Source: Candidatus Gastranaerophilales bacterium (GTDB lineage Bacteria > Cyanobacteriota > Vampirovibrionia > Gastranaerophilales > Gastranaerophilaceae). From it: a stretch of DNA of 64,000 nucleotides. Of this stretch, positions 38,099 to 48,550 are shown one piece after another. How positions within the stretch are numbered: the stretch's first letter is position 1; every line of letters starts with the position of its first letter. The translations under genes were made by a program, and so were the position numbers. The DNA is taken from positions 316-64,315 of the forward strand of contig CAJUPC010000007.1 of NCBI GenBank assembly GCA_910588555.1, given 5' to 3'. The notes under the pieces are model-generated. The model ran no database searches. It had not been told where the DNA came from and worked only from the letters and a program-made list of their open reading frames with translations.

Positions 38099-39842
38099 AA
38101 TAGTTTCGGTATTAGTAATTTTAGGGATATTTGCAGGTTTTACGGGATTTGAAATTTACAGAAAATCAGATAAAGCTGTATTAAATATTATTACTCCTAC
38201 TGTCATTCAAGTTGATTTAAACGGAAACAAAATCTTTGACACAGGAGAAACTATTTGTATTGCAGACGTGGAAACTTTTACATCCGATTTGAGCAAAAAC
38301 CAGGCCGAACTTTCAGGCAAAGCCGGCATTTCTGCGCATGAAGCAATTAAAATCGGCTATTTAACAGATAATTTTGCTGACAGTGTTTTAAGCGATAAAA
38401 GAGTTAAGCTAAAATTTACAGGTGAGAAAAATCAAGACTGCAAATTCGCCGACATTATTATAAACAATTTATCCTATAGAGAAAGACTTATCAATTCGGG
38501 ATTTGCACTTGTAAACGGCAAAACTTCAGAAAATTTTAAAACTCAGCTTGAAAAAGCTAAAAAACTTAAACTTGCGATTTTAAATCACAAAAGCAATAAA
38601 TTTCATACTCTCGACTGTAAATACGGGCTTGTTGCACACGATACAATAATCATTCCCGAGCGTCAAATTCCAAAAGACGCAAAACCTTGCAAATTTTGCC
38701 ATATTTCAAAAGAAAATAAGCAAAATCAGGAAAAACAAGTTCCGACTTATCCGCTTGCAATTTCAAACGGCAGTATAAAAATGTATTTAACGGATTTGAC
38801 AACAAAACTCAAACCCGATAACAAATGCTCCTCACTTGCGTGCAGAGAAATTCTTACACAAATAAATTCCTGCAATACTTCAATTGATATTGCCGCATAC
38901 GGCTGGGACAATATTCCTGAAATAAACAATGCTCTTTTAAAGGCAAAATCAAGAGGTGTTAAACTTAGAGTTGTTTATGACACAAGTTCAAAACCATATT
39001 ACAGCGAACTCAAATCTCTTGTTGAACTTGCTGATAAATCTTCAACCGATACTCCGAAAATCTTAATGCATAATAAATTTATGATTTTTGACAACTCAAA
39101 AGTTATAACAGGCTCAATGAACTTTGCAAAAACAGGATTTTCAGGTTTTAACACCAACTGCGTATTTTTCATAAATTCAATTGAAATTGCAAAAATCTTT
39201 GAAGAAGAATTCACGCAAATGCTGAACGGTAAATTCCATAACGAAAAATCACACGTGACTCACAAAACTGCTGTATTAGGCTCAAGCAAAGTCACTCCGC
39301 TGTTTTCACCAAAAGATAAAATCATAACAACAAATATTATTCCACTGATAAATATTTCAAAACATTATATTTACATTCCGGCATTTATCGTAACTCATGA
39401 TGATTTTGCAAACGCACTGATTAATGCTAAAAATCGCGGTGTTCAGGTAAAATTAATAGTTGATGCGACAAGTCCCGCTGCTTCAAGAAGCAAAGTAAAA
39501 TATTTGCGTACAGCAGGAATTCCCGTAAAAGTAGAAAATTACGCCGGCAAAGTTCATTCAAAAAGTATTATTATCGATGACAAATATATTATTGCAGGTT
39601 CAATGAATTTTTCAAACAGTGGCGAAAACAAAAACGATGAAAACTGTTTAATAATAGAAGATGAACGGCTCGCAAGATATTACAGAGGCTTTTTTGAATA
39701 CTTATGGGCAAAAATTCCCGATAAATATTTGAAAGTTAATCCGCGTGCAGAGGGAAAAACCTCAATCGGCTCTTGCTCTGACGGCATAGACAACAACTAT
39801 GACGGGAAAATAGATTTACAAGATGAAGCCTGCAAACCTTAA
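38085..39842 (+). CDS. Membrane-anchored phospholipase D/Nuc-family protein with two HKD domains
   Basis: HNKFMIFD..ITGSMN and HSKSIIID..AGSMN. FH...C...PCKFC Zn-like motif; C-terminal CSDGIDNNYDGKID. Confidence 0.85.
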   Translation: MLTNRIVSVLVILGIFAGFTGFEIYRKSDKAVLNIITPTVIQVDLNGNKIFDTGETICIADVETFTSDLSKNQAELSGKAGISAHEAIKIGYLTDNFADSVLSDKRVKLKFTGEKNQDCKFADIIINNLSYRERLINSGFALVNGKTSENFKTQLEKAKKLKLAILNHKSNKFHTLDCKYGLVAHDTIIIPERQIPKDAKPCKFCHISKENKQNQEKQVPTYPLAISNGSIKMYLTDLTTKLKPDNKCSSLACREILTQINSCNTSIDIAAYGWDNIPEINNALLKAKSRGVKLRVVYDTSSKPYYSELKSLVELADKSSTDTPKILMHNKFMIFDNSKVITGSMNFAKTGFSGFNTNCVFFINSIEIAKIFEEEFTQMLNGKFHNEKSHVTHKTAVLGSSKVTPLFSPKDKIITTNIIPLINISKHYIYIPAFIVTHDDFANALINAKNRGVQVKLIVDATSPAASRSKVKYLRTAGIPVKVENYAGKVHSKSIIIDDKYIIAGSMNFSNSGENKNDENCLIIEDERLARYYRGFFEYLWAKIPDKYLKVNPRAEGKTSIGSCSDGIDNNYDGKIDLQDEACKP

Positions 39843-41392
39843 TTTACAATCTGAATTCTTTCATCATCAACAATATTCACAGGAGTTTGATGTTTTTGGA
39901 AATAATGTTCAATGCATTCGCAAATATCATAATCGCAATATTTTTGGGCTTTATCGTACTTTTTCAGCATAGTAAATCCGTCGTGCCCCTGTGCGTAAAA
40001 ATCTGTCAGTGCAGTGCGATAAATTTTATCGGTTCGCGGATTATTAATGTCTATATTTATTTCCTTGCCGTTTTTGTCCACAAATATAGCCGCACGAAGC
40101 TGTCCGTCCCTGCCTATCATGTATTTTAAGCCTGAAACATGTACAATTCCGGGTTTATTATTTGTACTTACAAGCGAGTGAGCAGAAACTTTCAACATAT
40201 CAACTATTTCTTTTTCTGTGTAGTCAACAACAACAAGTTTGTTTTTAAACGGCGAAATATCTTCCAGCCATCTTGTATCAAGCTTTCCTGCTTCAAAGAA
40301 ACCTCTTATAGTTGCGGAACCGAATAAAGCAATATCAGTGTCCAAATCTTCTTTCATACAGTCACAAAGGAAATTTGCATGTCCGCTCGGGTCAATAGAA
40401 CCGTTTACAGGTGGCGGTGGTGCCGAATTTATGACTCCGACAACTTTTGGTCTGCCTAAAATTTCTTCAAAAATATGTCTTACAACAGGACTGCGTTTGA
40501 ATTCTCTTGTACTTGTAACATTGTTTTGAATTTTCGTCATTACTCCCTTGTCGTTCCAGTCAACATTCAAAACTCCGAAATATCTTCCATCACGCCCTGC
40601 CTGCGTAATAACAACAGGTTCGCCTGATTTGGAATTAAACAAATTAACCCCGGGTTTTGCACCGATTAGAAGATTATGAGAGTGTCCCCCAAGAATAATA
40701 TCAATTCCGTCAGTTTCTTTTGCAATTCTCTGGTCATAACCAAATCCAACGTGAGATAACAAAATAATCTTATTAACACCTTGCTCTTTAAGCTTGTCAG
40801 CTTCTTTTTGAACATCAGCTATAGTTTTATCAATATTATCAATTTTTAATTCATCAAATATTTTGCTGTATTTAATTCTGGAGAATAAATCAACGGGAGA
40901 AACGCCGATAATACCGTACTTGGTTCCGTTGACTTCTTGAATATATGATTTTTCAATTTTTTTAGACAAAGGATTTTGAGGGTCGATGTTTACGTTGCAG
41001 GCAAGCATTTTATAACCCATGTGCGGAATTAATTCTGCAATATGCGGCGGTGTATCGCATTCATGGTTTCCCATTGCTGAGGCCATAATACCCATTATAT
41101 TTTGAGCCTCAACCATAACTCTGTTAGCTGGAAGCGGTTCACCAAGCTGAATATCGCCTGATGATAATTTTAATACATCCGTATTGGACGGAACAAATTT
41201 ATCAAACGCGTATGAAGCTGTAATAGTTCTTTCTATATTAATTGATTTACCATGCACATCATTAATATAAAAAATACTTGTGCTGTTATTCCTATTCTGT
41301 CCGTTTAAGTTTGTAGAAGTCTGCTGCAACCTGTTTTGTTCGATTGCTCTTTTAAGTAAATTTGAATGTATACTATTTACGGGCGTAATCAT
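39839..41392 (-). CDS. 5'-nucleotidase/metallophosphoesterase lacking a Sec signal
   Basis: NDVHG, SGD, GNHE, LSH and GGHSH motifs, plus a C-terminal nucleotidase domain. Confidence 0.9.
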   Translation of the reverse strand: MITPVNSIHSNLLKRAIEQNRLQQTSTNLNGQNRNNSTSIFYINDVHGKSINIERTITASYAFDKFVPSNTDVLKLSSGDIQLGEPLPANRVMVEAQNIMGIMASAMGNHECDTPPHIAELIPHMGYKMLACNVNIDPQNPLSKKIEKSYIQEVNGTKYGIIGVSPVDLFSRIKYSKIFDELKIDNIDKTIADVQKEADKLKEQGVNKIILLSHVGFGYDQRIAKETDGIDIILGGHSHNLLIGAKPGVNLFNSKSGEPVVITQAGRDGRYFGVLNVDWNDKGVMTKIQNNVTSTREFKRSPVVRHIFEEILGRPKVVGVINSAPPPPVNGSIDPSGHANFLCDCMKEDLDTDIALFGSATIRGFFEAGKLDTRWLEDISPFKNKLVVVDYTEKEIVDMLKVSAHSLVSTNNKPGIVHVSGLKYMIGRDGQLRAAIFVDKNGKEINIDINNPRTDKIYRTALTDFYAQGHDGFTMLKKYDKAQKYCDYDICECIEHYFQKHQTPVNIVDDERIQIVN

Positions 41393-41472
41393 ATTTTTCA
41401 GTTGTTCTCATTAATTAGAAAAACCGTAAAAAATAATTTTGCTACAGTATAAATAAAGGTTTACAAAAGTTA

Positions 41473-41709
41473 TCATTCAAACTGCATCGTTTGTATTTTC
41501 CAATGTTTTGAAAGTTCTTTTTTTAAAACTTCAGCTTCACCACTGACTTCCAAGAGTATAATTCCTCTATTCAAACATACATCCTGAGTAGACGGATGAA
41601 GCCCAATTCTGGTTCTTATTTCACAACCAAATTCAGTAATAATTTCTTGAAATTCAACTGCGGTTTCAATTCTGTTTTCTAAACTTACACCAATAATTGT
41701 TGTTGTCAT
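41473..41709 (-). CDS. Small ACT-like protein (TM1266/iron-hydrogenase regulator-like)
   Basis: IIGVSLENR...FQEIITEFGCEIRTRIGLH; RBS AGGAG. Confidence 0.65.
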   Translation of the reverse strand: MTTTIIGVSLENRIETAVEFQEIITEFGCEIRTRIGLHPSTQDVCLNRGIILLEVSGEAEVLKKELSKHWKIQTMQFE

Positions 41710-41756
41710 ATTATTTCTCCTATACCCGTAATAATAATTAAAAAAATTTACATAAT

Positions 41757-41785
41757 AAAAAAACACCCTCAATCGGGTGTTTTTT
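41757..41785. terminator. Intrinsic terminator
   Basis: AAAAACACCC-TCAATC-GGGTGTTTTT. Confidence 0.85.
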
Positions 41786-41804
41786 ATGTTTAAATTTGAT
41801 AAGA

Positions 41805-42116
41805 TTAACCTTCTATCTCATCCATAGCCTGAAGCTGTTTTTTCTTGTAATTGTGGATTACTGCATCTACAAGAAGCTCATAAGATTTCAAGTTCTCAAT
41901 ATTCGGGAACTCAGATTTAAGCTGTTCTCTGACCATTGCTTCCAGCTTACGTTCGTCAGAACTAGATTTCAATTCATCAACACCGCTAATCATTCTTATA
42001 TATTCGGGTGATGATTTGTCCATATTATGATTTGCAAAATTTAACCAGCGAAGCTTAGGGCTGATTTGCTGTTTCAATTCTTTTACAATTTTTAAATTTT
42101 TAATACGATTAAGCAT
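41805..42116 (-). CDS. Hypothetical protein
   Basis: 103-aa ORF preceded by motif copy E. Confidence 0.65.
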   Translation of the reverse strand: MLNRIKNLKIVKELKQQISPKLRWLNFANHNMDKSSPEYIRMISGVDELKSSSDERKLEAMVREQLKSEFPNIENLKSYELLVDAVIHNYKKKQLQAMDEIEG

Positions 42117-42146
42117 TTTTTTTACCTGTTTTTATGTTCTTGTACT

Positions 42147-42198
42147 ATTTTAAAGTATGCTAAAAAAAATAATTTACTTTTTTACAAAGATTGTTTAC
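42147..42198 (-). promoter_or_regulatory. Degenerate tripartite promoter motif copy E
   Basis: GTAAAC-N15-GTAAAT-N15-ACTTTAAAAT. Confidence 0.45.
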
Positions 42199-42204
42199 AA
42201 TTCT

Positions 42205-44181
42205 TTATAATTTGCTGAAATCCGCAAGGTGATTGTATTTTGATTTCAACAATGTAAGAAGTGCAAGCCTGTTTTCCTTAACATTTTCATCTTTGTCCAT
42301 TACAAGTACATCGTTAAAGAATTTTTCAACAGACGGATTAATTTCGATTAATTGCTTCAAATATGCGTCATAATCAAGTTCTTCTGATACAGTTTCAATC
42401 TGTTTAAGAAGCATGTTTTCTGCCGGTTCTTTGAAAAGACTTGAGTTTATTTGTTTTGTAGAGTCTTCTTTTAAAATTCTTAAAACACGATTTGCACTTT
42501 CCAAAACAGCTTCCGAATTAAGCTTTGAAATCGCTTTAACACGATTAATATAATCGTTCAAATCTTGTAAAGCAGTTTTAGCACACGCTTCAAGAACATT
42601 TTTACTGTATTTATCAGATAAGAATATAATTAATCTTTGAGTAAAAAATTCTTCAATTTCATCAGCAACATCCTTTTTACCCGCTGGAAGAAGTTCAAGT
42701 GAAGTTTTAATCAACTTTGAAATATCAATTTTCAAACCTGCATCCAGTATTGTTCTGATTATACCGAGTGCAGCACGGCGAACACCAAGCGGATCTGAAG
42801 AACCGGTCGGCTTTTTGCCCTCAGCAAAAACTGCACAAATATTATCGATTTTATCTGCAATACCTACAATTTGTCCTTCCAGAGTAACTGCTGTTTCTGA
42901 ATCTGCGTTAAGCGGGAAGTAGTGTTCTTTTATACCTTCCGCAACATTCTCAGGCTCACCCGAAACTCTTGCATAATCAGCACCGATATATCCTTGAAGT
43001 TCGGTAAATTCAAATACAAGTTTAGTTGCCAAATCAGCTTTTGCAAGCAGTGCAGTTCTTTCAACTGACGTATTGTTCCCAATTATTGATTTGGAAAGTT
43101 TCACAAGTCTTTGAGCTTTATCATACATAGAGCCCATTCCTTTTTGGAATGTAATGCCTTTGATATCTTCAACATAATCTGCTAAAGGCTTTTTAGTGTC
43201 TTCGTTAAAGAAGAATACAGCATCATCAAGACGGGCTTTAATAACTCTTACGTTACCAGCTTTAATATTTTCAAATTCATCACCAAGATAATTTGTCATC
43301 GTAATAAATTTGTTAATAAGTTTTCCATCTTTATATAGAGCGAAATATCTTTGATGAACAGCCATTACAGTTACAATAAGTTCTTCGGGCAGTCTTAAAT
43401 AATCAGGATTGAATTCACATACTGCAGGAACAGGATACTCTGTAATAAATGTAACTTCTTCAAGTAAATCATCAGTATAATAAGGAACTGCACCTAATTT
43501 AGCAGCTTCTTCTTTTGCTCTTTCGATAATTCTTTGAGCACGCTCTTCCTGATTAACGATTACACAGCAATTGCGCATGATATCAACATAATCATCAGGA
43601 TTATTGATATAAACATTTTGCTGAGCAAATCTGTGACCGCGTGTAACATTTGAGCTTTCTTTATCTATAATTTTAATTTTAACTTCATCTCTATCTAATA
43701 TAGAAACAATCCAGCGGATTGGACGAGAAAATTTTTCTTCATTATCTGACCAGCGCATGAAGTGGGAACCTTGAAGCTTCAAAACAATTGACGGAACATT
43801 ATCTTTTAAAAGTTCAACAATAGATTTACCTTTAATAATAATTTTTGCATGAACATAATCGTCTTCAATATACAAATCATCAGCAGAAATAGCGTTTTTT
43901 CTGCAAAAACCTTCACCCGCTTTAGTTAAATTTCCATTTTCGTCATAAGCAACTTTTTTAATCGGACCTTTAACAATTTTTTCTTCGTCTTTGCTTTCTT
44001 TTTCAAGACCTGATACGATAACAGCAAGACGACGCGGTGTGGCATAAACTTTAACGTCCTCAAACTGAACTTTATTTGTATTCAAAAAGTTTTCAAAACC
44101 GTTTTTCAACTGCTGAATAGCAGAGGGAATAAACTTGTACGGTAACTCTTCACATCCTACTTCTAATAAATATTTACTCAT
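42205..44181 (-). CDS. glyS: Glycine--tRNA ligase beta subunit
   Basis: LLEVGCEELP, TPRRL, FSRPIRW, EFTELQG, SSDPLGVRR. Confidence 0.97.
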   Translation of the reverse strand: MSKYLLEVGCEELPYKFIPSAIQQLKNGFENFLNTNKVQFEDVKVYATPRRLAVIVSGLEKESKDEEKIVKGPIKKVAYDENGNLTKAGEGFCRKNAISADDLYIEDDYVHAKIIIKGKSIVELLKDNVPSIVLKLQGSHFMRWSDNEEKFSRPIRWIVSILDRDEVKIKIIDKESSNVTRGHRFAQQNVYINNPDDYVDIMRNCCVIVNQEERAQRIIERAKEEAAKLGAVPYYTDDLLEEVTFITEYPVPAVCEFNPDYLRLPEELIVTVMAVHQRYFALYKDGKLINKFITMTNYLGDEFENIKAGNVRVIKARLDDAVFFFNEDTKKPLADYVEDIKGITFQKGMGSMYDKAQRLVKLSKSIIGNNTSVERTALLAKADLATKLVFEFTELQGYIGADYARVSGEPENVAEGIKEHYFPLNADSETAVTLEGQIVGIADKIDNICAVFAEGKKPTGSSDPLGVRRAALGIIRTILDAGLKIDISKLIKTSLELLPAGKKDVADEIEEFFTQRLIIFLSDKYSKNVLEACAKTALQDLNDYINRVKAISKLNSEAVLESANRVLRILKEDSTKQINSSLFKEPAENMLLKQIETVSEELDYDAYLKQLIEINPSVEKFFNDVLVMDKDENVKENRLALLTLLKSKYNHLADFSKL

Positions 44182-44235
44182 TCTCTTTTCCTTTTTTAAT
44201 TTAATTATAATTTATCAAGACAGAATGTAAAGTAA

Positions 44236-45930
44236 TTATTGCTTAATGCCTTTTTTAAAATCTTCTGCTACATACTGCAAATCATTCAGTTCTTTATCTA
44301 CAAACGTATTATTTTCCATTTGTTCATAGATACCTAATCTTTCGTACATATTATCTCTTGCAACATTAACTAAGTTTGCAATATCAGCCCCTGTGTAGCC
44401 GAGTTTATAGATTTCTTTTGCAAAAGCGGTTCTGTCAAATTCTTCTGAAACATTTTTATCTTTCAAGTAGTGGTTTAAAATTTGAAAACAGCCTTTTTCA
44501 TCAGGCTTTTTAACCTCAATCATATTCCCGATACGCCCGCTTCGTTTAATAGCAGGGTCAATTAATTCAGGACGATTTGTCGCACCGATAATCCAAATTT
44601 TTTGGTTATTTTTCTCAATATCACTTATTAGAGTTAAAAATTGAGAAACAACTCCGTTTCGGTGACGTTCTCCACCATTATCTCCATTCGAACGTGCAGT
44701 AAGAATTGCATCAATTTCATCAATAAAAAGTATACACGGTTGTTTTTCGACAGCTTCTTTAAACACCTTTCTCCATGCCGCTTCTGTATCGCCAACCCAT
44801 TTTGTTTCAAGCGATTGACCGTCTATGTTGATAAAATTAATAGTTTTGTCTTTACGTTCTTTAGCCTCGCCGATTATTGCCTGTGCAAGCAATGTTTTTC
44901 CCGTTCCTGGCGGTCCGTAAAAAATAGTTCCGCAATTGGTAACATTAGTAAAGGCTTTTGGATAAAGCATGGGATATAGAATTTGTTTTTTAACCTGTTG
45001 AATTGTGTCATCCAAACCTGCAACATCTTTAAATGTTCTATGGGGAATATTTTGGGTTACGATTTCATTTTTAGGTTTAATAATATTTAAACATTCCTGT
45101 GCAGCATTTGTTAAATTTTCACACGCTTCTATTGTTTCATTTGGGTTCCAAACACTATTAAGTACGACTCCTCCGGTTAATTCCCTATCGTTAGATAAAA
45201 AACTTTCAGCAGGATACTTTGCATCATACAACGGAGTATTAGCTTCTCTCTTTGTTTTAATAAACTTTAACCTTACTTTGCATTCAAATTCTAATACATC
45301 TCCAAACTGAAATCTGTTATTATATTTATAACTATCATATCTGTCCGGTCTGGTTAAATTTTTAGCCCTACCCCAGGTAATAAAATCATCACCGTCTTTT
45401 GCAATTATAAGTTCGTCAAATAATGATGAAAAATCGGGTAAAGCAAATGCATATATATTTTTAATATTTTTTGGATTTGGCAAAAAAGTATCTTCAGATG
45501 TAAGCTGTTTTTTTACAAACGACTTTGCACCGGCCCTGTTGGAGCCTATATAAATAAGAGATTTGTCATCTAACCTATGAAGAACATCCGCCAGTCTGTA
45601 TGACAAAATCATGTCATTCGCATTTAATTCGATTTCAGGAATTTCCGGTTCGTTTACAATATCTGCGACTTCTTCAACCTTAGATTTTTTTAGTATATTT
45701 GTTGATTCGTCAGCATTAGCTTCTTCAATAATTTCTGATTGTTCGAGCTCAATTTGTTTTGACAATTCAACAGTGTCAGAGGCTAATTCTTTCTTATTAT
45801 TTTTTCTCCACCATGCATTTGTAAAAGTTAGATTATAAGGCGCTAATTGCTCCCTGGCCAAAATTGCGGGACGAGCTGCGTACGATTTATTAAATCCATA
45901 TAAATTTGATGTTATTGGTAATACTCTCAT
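44236..45930 (-). CDS. Classic AAA ATPase (CDC48/FtsH-type module) with a long unknown N-terminal region
   Basis: TFKDVAG, GPPGTGKT, LFIDEID, ATNRPELIDPAIKRSGR. No TM or protease motif. Probable start MRVLPITS. Confidence 0.88.
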   Translation of the reverse strand: MRVLPITSNLYGFNKSYAARPAILAREQLAPYNLTFTNAWWRKNNKKELASDTVELSKQIELEQSEIIEEANADESTNILKKSKVEEVADIVNEPEIPEIELNANDMILSYRLADVLHRLDDKSLIYIGSNRAGAKSFVKKQLTSEDTFLPNPKNIKNIYAFALPDFSSLFDELIIAKDGDDFITWGRAKNLTRPDRYDSYKYNNRFQFGDVLEFECKVRLKFIKTKREANTPLYDAKYPAESFLSNDRELTGGVVLNSVWNPNETIEACENLTNAAQECLNIIKPKNEIVTQNIPHRTFKDVAGLDDTIQQVKKQILYPMLYPKAFTNVTNCGTIFYGPPGTGKTLLAQAIIGEAKERKDKTINFINIDGQSLETKWVGDTEAAWRKVFKEAVEKQPCILFIDEIDAILTARSNGDNGGERHRNGVVSQFLTLISDIEKNNQKIWIIGATNRPELIDPAIKRSGRIGNMIEVKKPDEKGCFQILNHYLKDKNVSEEFDRTAFAKEIYKLGYTGADIANLVNVARDNMYERLGIYEQMENNTFVDKELNDLQYVAEDFKKGIKQ

Positions 45931-46063
45931 AATTATATTAAATCCAAACAAAAAATTTTTTGCTAGTTAATTTTGTGGTAAAATAAAAATATTAAAAGAA
46001 AGGGCAAAACCTTTCACAAAAAAATAATAAGTTATACCAAAATTTATAAAGAGGACTAAAAAG

Positions 46064-46813
46064 ATGTCAGGACACTCAAAGTGGTCAACAATTAAACACA
46101 AAAAAGCTAAAGTGGATTCACAACGCGCAGTTGTATTCCAAAAATATTCAAGAGAATTAATAGTATCGGCAAGACTCGGCGGACCCGACCCTGCAGGTAA
46201 TTTCAGATTAAGAACTGCAATTGAAAAAGCCAAAGCAGCAGGGTTGCCAAATGACAATATTAAACGTGCAATTGAAAAAGGTGCAGGTGCTGGCGCTTCT
46301 GATAACTATGAAGAATTAATTTATGAAGGTTACGCAGCCGGCGGAGTTGCAGTTGTTGTAGAAGCTATGACAGACAACAGAAACAGAACAGCAGGCGATA
46401 TCAGAAGTTATTTCACCAAATATAACGGAAGTTTAGGTGCAACAGGATGTGTAGGCTGGATGTTCGACCAGCGCGGGATTTTAACATTTTCTAACAATGT
46501 AGATTTTGACAAACTTTTTGAAGCGGCAATAAATCTTGATGCGCTTGATGTAACAGAGGAAGAAGATGTATATAAAGTATTAACAGCTCCGGAAAACTTT
46601 CAGACAGTTGTAGAAGGTTTGGAAGCTGAAGGGTTTAAAGCCGAAACATCAGAGCTTTCAAGGCTTCCGCAAAATACTGTTGAAGTAACTGACGAAGCTG
46701 TTGCTTCTCAGATTTTGAAACTTCTTGACAAACTTGAAGAACATGATGATGTTCAAAATGTTTATGCAAACTTTGATATTTCGGATGATATTTTACAGAA
46801 ATTGGAAGCATGA
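46064..46813 (+). CDS. yebC: YebC/PmpR family protein
   Basis: MSGHSKWSTIKHKK, YEGY, TDNRNRT, DDVQNVYAN. Confidence 0.97.
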   Translation: MSGHSKWSTIKHKKAKVDSQRAVVFQKYSRELIVSARLGGPDPAGNFRLRTAIEKAKAAGLPNDNIKRAIEKGAGAGASDNYEELIYEGYAAGGVAVVVEAMTDNRNRTAGDIRSYFTKYNGSLGATGCVGWMFDQRGILTFSNNVDFDKLFEAAINLDALDVTEEEDVYKVLTAPENFQTVVEGLEAEGFKAETSELSRLPQNTVEVTDEAVASQILKLLDKLEEHDDVQNVYANFDISDDILQKLEA

Positions 46814-48114
46814 TAGATAATCTCAGACAAATTTTTTCATTTCTTGATAACGCTTACAACGCACAAAGCATTGTAAGCGTTCTTGAGGAAGCTTTTCCTC
46901 TGAATGCAATATATATTTATGATACAACTACAGCTTCGTTGAGAGATTTTTCAAAAAGCTGGATGTTCATTAAATCTAAAGAATTAAATGACATTTTCAG
47001 CTCTTTTGATAAAGATAAATATGTTGTAAGCGGTAAAAAATCTTATTATGCGTTATATAATAATCAAAAGATTATAGGAATGCTTGAGTTTTCGGACCAT
47101 CTTCACAACAAATTGCTTGAATTTCTTGAACTGTCAGGATTTTGTATTTCATTAAAAATTCAAAATATAATTTTGTCTGAAAGAATGCAAAAAAATATTG
47201 ATTTTCATAATTCAATGAAAAACATTGCCAAAATTATTGAAACTCAATACGAAACAAATTATATTATTCCGATTATCGGCGAAATGATTGATAAATTTGT
47301 TTCTGACCACCTTGTTTACATTTTTATAAATAATGAACTTGTATGGCCGTCAGCATGTAAAGATGAAAAAATATTTGAACTTATAAAATGTTTAAATAAC
47401 AATTCCGAGTACATTCTTACACCTGATAAAAAGATAGGGCTTTTCCCTATGATTAGCGAAAACAAGCTTCTCGGATGTATTGTAACTAAAAGTACCGATA
47501 ATATTTTAAGCGAAAAAGAAATCGAATACCTTGAACAACTATCAAATCAAGCAGCTACAACACTTAATCGTGCAAATGTTTATGCAGAAATTCTAAAACA
47601 TGCAACACTTGATGCTCTGACAAGTTTCTACAACAGACGTCAGCTGGAAGAGCGTCTTAAGCAGGAAGTCTCAAGTGCAAAACGCCAAAAACGTAATCTG
47701 TGCGCAATTATGACAGACATCGACTTTTTCAAAAACGTCAATGACACATACGGACATGCTGCAGGCGATTTGGTATTAAAAACAGTATCACATGTTATAA
47801 AAACTCAGTTAAGAGATTATGACGTTGCCGGAAGATACGGCGGAGAAGAATTTGCACTGCTTCTTCCGTTTACCAATATAGAAGAAGCAGAAATGGTTGC
47901 AGAACGTCTGAGAAAGGCTGTTGAAACTAAGAAAATTGATATTTCAAAACTACATCCAGACAAAAAAGATATTAGTGTTACAATAAGTCTTGGCGCGGCA
48001 CAATACACAGCAGACGACACTGAAGAAACTTTAATACAAAAAGCCGATAAAGCTCTTTATTCGGCAAAAGAAAATGGCAGAAATAAGGTAACTATATATG
48101 AAAATAACCTGTAA
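46810..48114 (+). CDS. GAF-GGDEF diguanylate cyclase
   Basis: DIDFFKNVNDTYGH, RDYD I-site, RYGGEEF. Confidence 0.93.
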   Translation: MIDNLRQIFSFLDNAYNAQSIVSVLEEAFPLNAIYIYDTTTASLRDFSKSWMFIKSKELNDIFSSFDKDKYVVSGKKSYYALYNNQKIIGMLEFSDHLHNKLLEFLELSGFCISLKIQNIILSERMQKNIDFHNSMKNIAKIIETQYETNYIIPIIGEMIDKFVSDHLVYIFINNELVWPSACKDEKIFELIKCLNNNSEYILTPDKKIGLFPMISENKLLGCIVTKSTDNILSEKEIEYLEQLSNQAATTLNRANVYAEILKHATLDALTSFYNRRQLEERLKQEVSSAKRQKRNLCAIMTDIDFFKNVNDTYGHAAGDLVLKTVSHVIKTQLRDYDVAGRYGGEEFALLLPFTNIEEAEMVAERLRKAVETKKIDISKLHPDKKDISVTISLGAAQYTADDTEETLIQKADKALYSAKENGRNKVTIYENNL

Positions 48115-48550
48115 ATCACTTGAAGATACAAAAAAATTAGCACAAAAATTTGCAGAACTGATTAAAGACGGCTGTTTTATAAATCTTTACGGCGAAATCG
48201 GAGCGGGAAAAACCGCTTTTGTAAAACTTGTTGCAGACGCACTTGATGTAAAAGAAAAAGTTACAAGTCCGAGTTTTGTAATTCTTAACGAATATCATAC
48301 AGGCTCAATTCCTATTTACCACTTTGATTTGTACAGATTGGAAAATGAGGGAATTAAAACGATTTATGACGAATTAAGAGAATATTCAGAAGGTAAACAG
48401 GTTACATTTGTAGAATGGGCTGAGTTTAATCAGGATGAAGCTCCCTTTAAACACATAAAAATCAATGTAACTTACGCTGACGATGATTCAAGAATTTATG
48501 AGTTTATTTCTTGTGGTGAAGATGAAATAATTAAGGAATTAGAAAAATGA
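48098..48550 (+). CDS. tsaE: tRNA t6A biosynthesis ATPase TsaE
   Basis: GEIGAGKT, VTSPSF, HFDLYRL, VEWA. Confidence 0.96.
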   Translation: MKITCKSLEDTKKLAQKFAELIKDGCFINLYGEIGAGKTAFVKLVADALDVKEKVTSPSFVILNEYHTGSIPIYHFDLYRLENEGIKTIYDELREYSEGKQVTFVEWAEFNQDEAPFKHIKINVTYADDDSRIYEFISCGEDEIIKELEK

